NCBI GenBank assembly: GCA_049472335.1
Contig: JBLIRO010000084.1
Span: 1 to 19,692, forward strand
Source: a bacterium
GTDB taxonomy: Bacteria; SZUA-182; DTGQ01; JAFGSM01
DNA length: 19,692 nucleotides
Direction: 5' to 3'
Each line of letters opens with the position of its first letter. Within the stretch, counting starts at the first letter, position 1. The notes below the pieces were generated by a model, which searched no databases, had not been told where the DNA came from, and worked only from the letters and a program-made list of their open reading frames with translations. The position numbers were made by a program, and so were the translations under genes. Positions 16,437 to 19,692 of the stretch are shown here, one piece after another.

Positions 16437-18329
16437 TTAATTGGTAATCAATAAGGCATTATAAGAATTCACCAAACCCGCTCCATAATACTGATCCCAG
16501 CCCACAGCACCCAGATCTGTTGAAGAGGAAGAAAGTATCCCTTTAACCTGCTGCGGAGAAAGGTTAGAGGTGCTTTTTCCTATCACCAGCGCCGCGACAC
16601 CTGAAACCAAAGCTGCAGCGGGAGAAGTCCCCTCCATAAAATAATAGTAAAATGAGCCTAAATTTGTTCCGTCATGTGTTTGTTGTAAGATTCCATCACC
16701 ATAAAAGTCAAAATTTTGATCTACGGAAATATCTCCCCCCGGGGCACAAATATCGATCGCAGATCCGTAATTGGAATATGGAGCCAGGGTTTTATCATAT
16801 CTGACGGCACTCACAGAAATGCTTTGAGAAAAGGAAGCGGGATATTCAAGTGTGCTGGACCCGGAATTACCCGCTGAACATATCACAACAACACCATTAT
16901 CTACGGCATAGTTGACTGCCGTCTCCTCGCTTTCTGATGTACCTTCGCCCCCTAAGCTCAAATTGATTATATGGGCGCCATTATTCACAGCATAATAAAT
17001 ACCGTCGACTTCATCAGCGATACTCGCAGATCCTGTATTATCCATTACTTTAACAGGAAGAATTGATGCCCCGTAAGCAACACCAGCTACACCTATATAA
17101 TTATTGGTGCTCTGTGCTATACAACCAGCCATATGGGTCCCATGCCCGTAGTCATCATCAGGATAAGGGTCTGAGTTGACAAAATCCCATCCCGGTCTGA
17201 AAGAAGTACCGGCAAGATCCGAGGCCTGAACATATATACCGGAGGTTCTATAGGCCACACCCGAATCAAGCAAAGCTACTGTAACACCCGTCCCTCGGCC
17301 CAGATCCCAGGCCGAGGTGTTTTTCATAAGAGGGTGGTGCCATTGATAGGAAAAATATCTATCATTCGGGACTAAATGGCTGTGCCGTATATAATTCGGC
17401 TCTGCATATTCTACTTCTGCCTCCTGTTGATATTTTCTAACCATCTCTTCCACCGTTGAACCGACAGGTATCTCAATGACCTTGAATCCGGCATACTCAC
17501 TTTCATAGATTTCTTTGCATCCATGTTTATCGTTTATCATCTTCTGCTTTTCCTTAGTAACACCGGAATGAAACTTTACTATAATCTGGTTTGAAACATA
17601 TTCTTCTCCATCTCCATGGTCCTGAGAAACAGGAGGCATTTCTGCTAATTCGGAGTTATTTCCATTAGACTGAGAAACCGGATATGAAGTGTAAGATGAG
17701 ATGGATGGCTGCGACCAAGTCAATGGATTCAGAAAACCACCGGAATACAAGTTATTGGATCCGCCAAAAAGTGAAGAACTAGTCGACCCAAAACTCTGAG
17801 TTCCGGAATATCCCCTGTAAAAATTGTTTGATTGAGTGCCTCCCGTATATTGACTGGATGAACCAAAGGATGAAAAGGGCTGGTAAGCGAAACCCGGAGA
17901 AGAAAAACCCCACCCGGAGGGCGCGAAAGAGCTTGTTGTCTGACCAAAGCCGCCATTAAAATAGGGTGAAAAGGAAGTTCCTTGACCAGATTGGAATATT
18001 AAGGGTGAAAATCCTCCTGTCCCGCCGAACACAGCTCCATAATTAATCGGTGTCGACATGTAAGGATTTGTGCCATAAAGACTTTGTCCACCGGTGGAGA
18101 ATGGAGTCATAGATGAGAAAAGGGGAGAGCCGGTCATATATGAACCGTAAGCAGGCAGTCCCATGGAATAAAATCCGTTGCTTCCTGAAAATGATGCCGG
18201 CCATCCTCCTAGAAACTGGCCTATTCCATTCCTGGGTAATAAGAAAAAAAAGGCAGTGCTGAAAATGATAACGAATAAACAAATTACTATCTGATTTGAA
18301 TAATTTTTGTTTGAAAAACATCTGAACAT
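16437..18329 (-). CDS. Secreted S8 (subtilisin-like) serine protease with long low-complexity N-terminal region and propeptide
   Basis: Signal peptide, propeptide IIVKF...VEYAEPNY, catalytic LLDSG / HGTHMAG / GTSP, oxyanion SAGN. Confidence 0.9.
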   Translation of the reverse strand: MFRCFSNKNYSNQIVICLFVIIFSTAFFFLLPRNGIGQFLGGWPASFSGSNGFYSMGLPAYGSYMTGSPLFSSMTPFSTGGQSLYGTNPYMSTPINYGAVFGGTGGFSPLIFQSGQGTSFSPYFNGGFGQTTSSFAPSGWGFSSPGFAYQPFSSFGSSSQYTGGTQSNNFYRGYSGTQSFGSTSSSLFGGSNNLYSGGFLNPLTWSQPSISSYTSYPVSQSNGNNSELAEMPPVSQDHGDGEEYVSNQIIVKFHSGVTKEKQKMINDKHGCKEIYESEYAGFKVIEIPVGSTVEEMVRKYQQEAEVEYAEPNYIRHSHLVPNDRYFSYQWHHPLMKNTSAWDLGRGTGVTVALLDSGVAYRTSGIYVQASDLAGTSFRPGWDFVNSDPYPDDDYGHGTHMAGCIAQSTNNYIGVAGVAYGASILPVKVMDNTGSASIADEVDGIYYAVNNGAHIINLSLGGEGTSESEETAVNYAVDNGVVVICSAGNSGSSTLEYPASFSQSISVSAVRYDKTLAPYSNYGSAIDICAPGGDISVDQNFDFYGDGILQQTHDGTNLGSFYYYFMEGTSPAAALVSGVAALVIGKSTSNLSPQQVKGILSSSSTDLGAVGWDQYYGAGLVNSYNALLITN

Positions 18330-18843
18330 AATTAATTCGCCCCCTTTCAGAGAGTGGTATTTTTAATAGGGATAAAATCCAGCTAATTAAATAAAGGTGG
18401 ATTAATATCGATAAAAACGAAAAAAATTTAATAAATAATATGTGGATATAATGATCTAGCAAGAATGATCTTATGAAGACGTTAAGTGCATAATGAATGC
18501 CTGAATTAAAATTTAAAGAGATAAAAATAGGCGATAGATTATTATCCGTTTAATTTATCAATAGATTATTTAATGTTAATTATATTTTTTAATAAAGTGG
18601 ATAATTCATTTGGAAACATTTTCAATAAGCCATTTAGTGAGGATCCCAAATTGATTTGTTGCAAGGTATTGCACTTTAATGCATGGCATAATAATTTAAT
18701 CTGAAGAGTATTTTTTCGGAACTTATAATTACTGGAGTATTAAACAGGTTTTGCCGATATTAATGATAGGTAAAAGGGAAAAATCCACTTCCTGTTATGG
18801 GATTTACTTAATGTATTTATTGATATTTATTGTATCCCTTTCC

Positions 18844-18872
18844 TTGACACTAATACAGACTTTTGACATAAT
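18844..18872 (+). promoter_or_regulatory. Sigma70-type promoter for the HEPN/response regulator genes
   Basis: TTGACA (18844-18849), 17-bp spacer, CATAAT (18867-18872) with extended -10 TG. Confidence 0.6.
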
Positions 18873-18927
18873 TGATCGTTAACAAGACAGAAATCTGCGA
18901 GTTTAGGTTTCTGACAAGGAGGAAGAA

Positions 18928-19362
18928 ATGCACGAGCCGAAAGACATTGTTGAGGCATATCTTCTAGAGAGCGAGGTTGATATTGAAGCAGCCAGGCTTA
19001 CCTATGTAAATGGCCTCTATAGCAGAACAATACATTTTGCTCAAGAGGCTGTTGAAAAAATTACTAAGGCCTGTCTCACTATGAGGAGTGTCGTCACAAG
19101 GGATCATAAGACCTCGACCCTCTTTGTAGCAGTTTTTAAAGGAGAAATCGAAGAGATAAACAAGATATATGAATGTATAATCTCTTTAGAGAAGCACGGA
19201 GCAAGAACCAGATTTCCTCTTTATCAAAGGAAGGATCTCCCGCTTTGGATCCCTTCGAAGATCTATGGAGAACCAGAGGCAATGGAGGCACTCAGCAAGG
19301 GAGAGTATGTTTACAAGGTTCTTAGGGATTTTGTCGAAAACCATATACTATCCCCAGCATAG
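18928..19362 (+). CDS. HEPN domain protein
   Basis: D..AA......Y....F.AQEAVEK..KA, a conserved His (TRDH), and L......RFP. RBS AGGAGG. Confidence 0.8.
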   Translation: MHEPKDIVEAYLLESEVDIEAARLTYVNGLYSRTIHFAQEAVEKITKACLTMRSVVTRDHKTSTLFVAVFKGEIEEINKIYECIISLEKHGARTRFPLYQRKDLPLWIPSKIYGEPEAMEALSKGEYVYKVLRDFVENHILSPA

Positions 19363-19383
19363 GAGAAGATCTGGGAGAAGCAA

Positions 19384-19692
19384 ATGAATCCCAAAAACAT
19401 CTCAGGGGACTCCTCAAACTCTGAAGAAGCTCGTGTCATTCTCATTGTGGATGATGACAGGGAATTTTGTCATACCCTAAAAGACATCTTAGAGGCTGAA
19501 GGATTTAAAATACTAATTGCTTTTAATGGAGATCAGGCATTCCATATCACAAAATCCAATAAGGTTGGGCTTATAATCTCCGATGTCCGCATGCCTGTTG
19601 TAAATGGAATAGCTCTCCTGGAAATGATAAGCGAAAAAAATCCCGGCATGAAGATTATAATAGTCACTGCCTATGAGGAGATGAAAATCTAT
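19384..19692 (+). CDS. Response regulator receiver domain (3'-partial; absent from the ORF track)
   Basis: MNPKNISG...ILIVDDDREF...LIISDVRMPVVNG...IIIVTAY. Frame is open to the window end; GGAG upstream. Confidence 0.9.
   Translation, partial: MNPKNISGDSSNSEEARVILIVDDDREFCHTLKDILEAEGFKILIAFNGDQAFHITKSNKVGLIISDVRMPVVNGIALLEMISEKNPGMKIIIVTAYEEMKIY

Noticed and set aside
179..18462. Short alternative-frame or antisense ORFs nested in porA, porB, the giant gene, tnpR, the phosphorylase/que genes and the S8 gene
   Set aside because: They overlap well-supported genes and have no independent motifs, so they are treated as shadow ORFs.

Overview
Bacterial chromosomal window, probably from an anaerobe given the 4-subunit-type 2-oxoacid:ferredoxin oxidoreductase. 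Host-like genes at the left (porA partial, porB) are followed by tRNA-Asn(GTT). An ~11.6 kb decaying genomic island appears to sit at the tRNA 3' end. It carries a decayed secreted-protein gene, a 1971-aa multi-domain secreted adhesin/lectin-like protein, and an attP-like site (degenerate tRNA 3' copy, IHF box, hairpin, arm-type repeats) inside the tail of a tyrosine integrase. A Tn3-family remnant (38-bp IR, dead resolvase, broken transposase) has cut off the integrase start, and a Phd/PIN toxin-antitoxin pair has a nonsense mutation in the toxin. Host-like genes then resume: a nucleoside phosphorylase-fold gene coupled to queE-queC, a secreted S8 protease with an ~190-aa almost charge-free prion-like/FG-rich region, a solo HEPN gene and a partial response regulator. 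The best leads are the aromatic low-complexity regions on secreted proteins, the phosphorylase-queE-queC operon, and the tandem att architecture. All calls come from reading motifs by eye; no searches were run.
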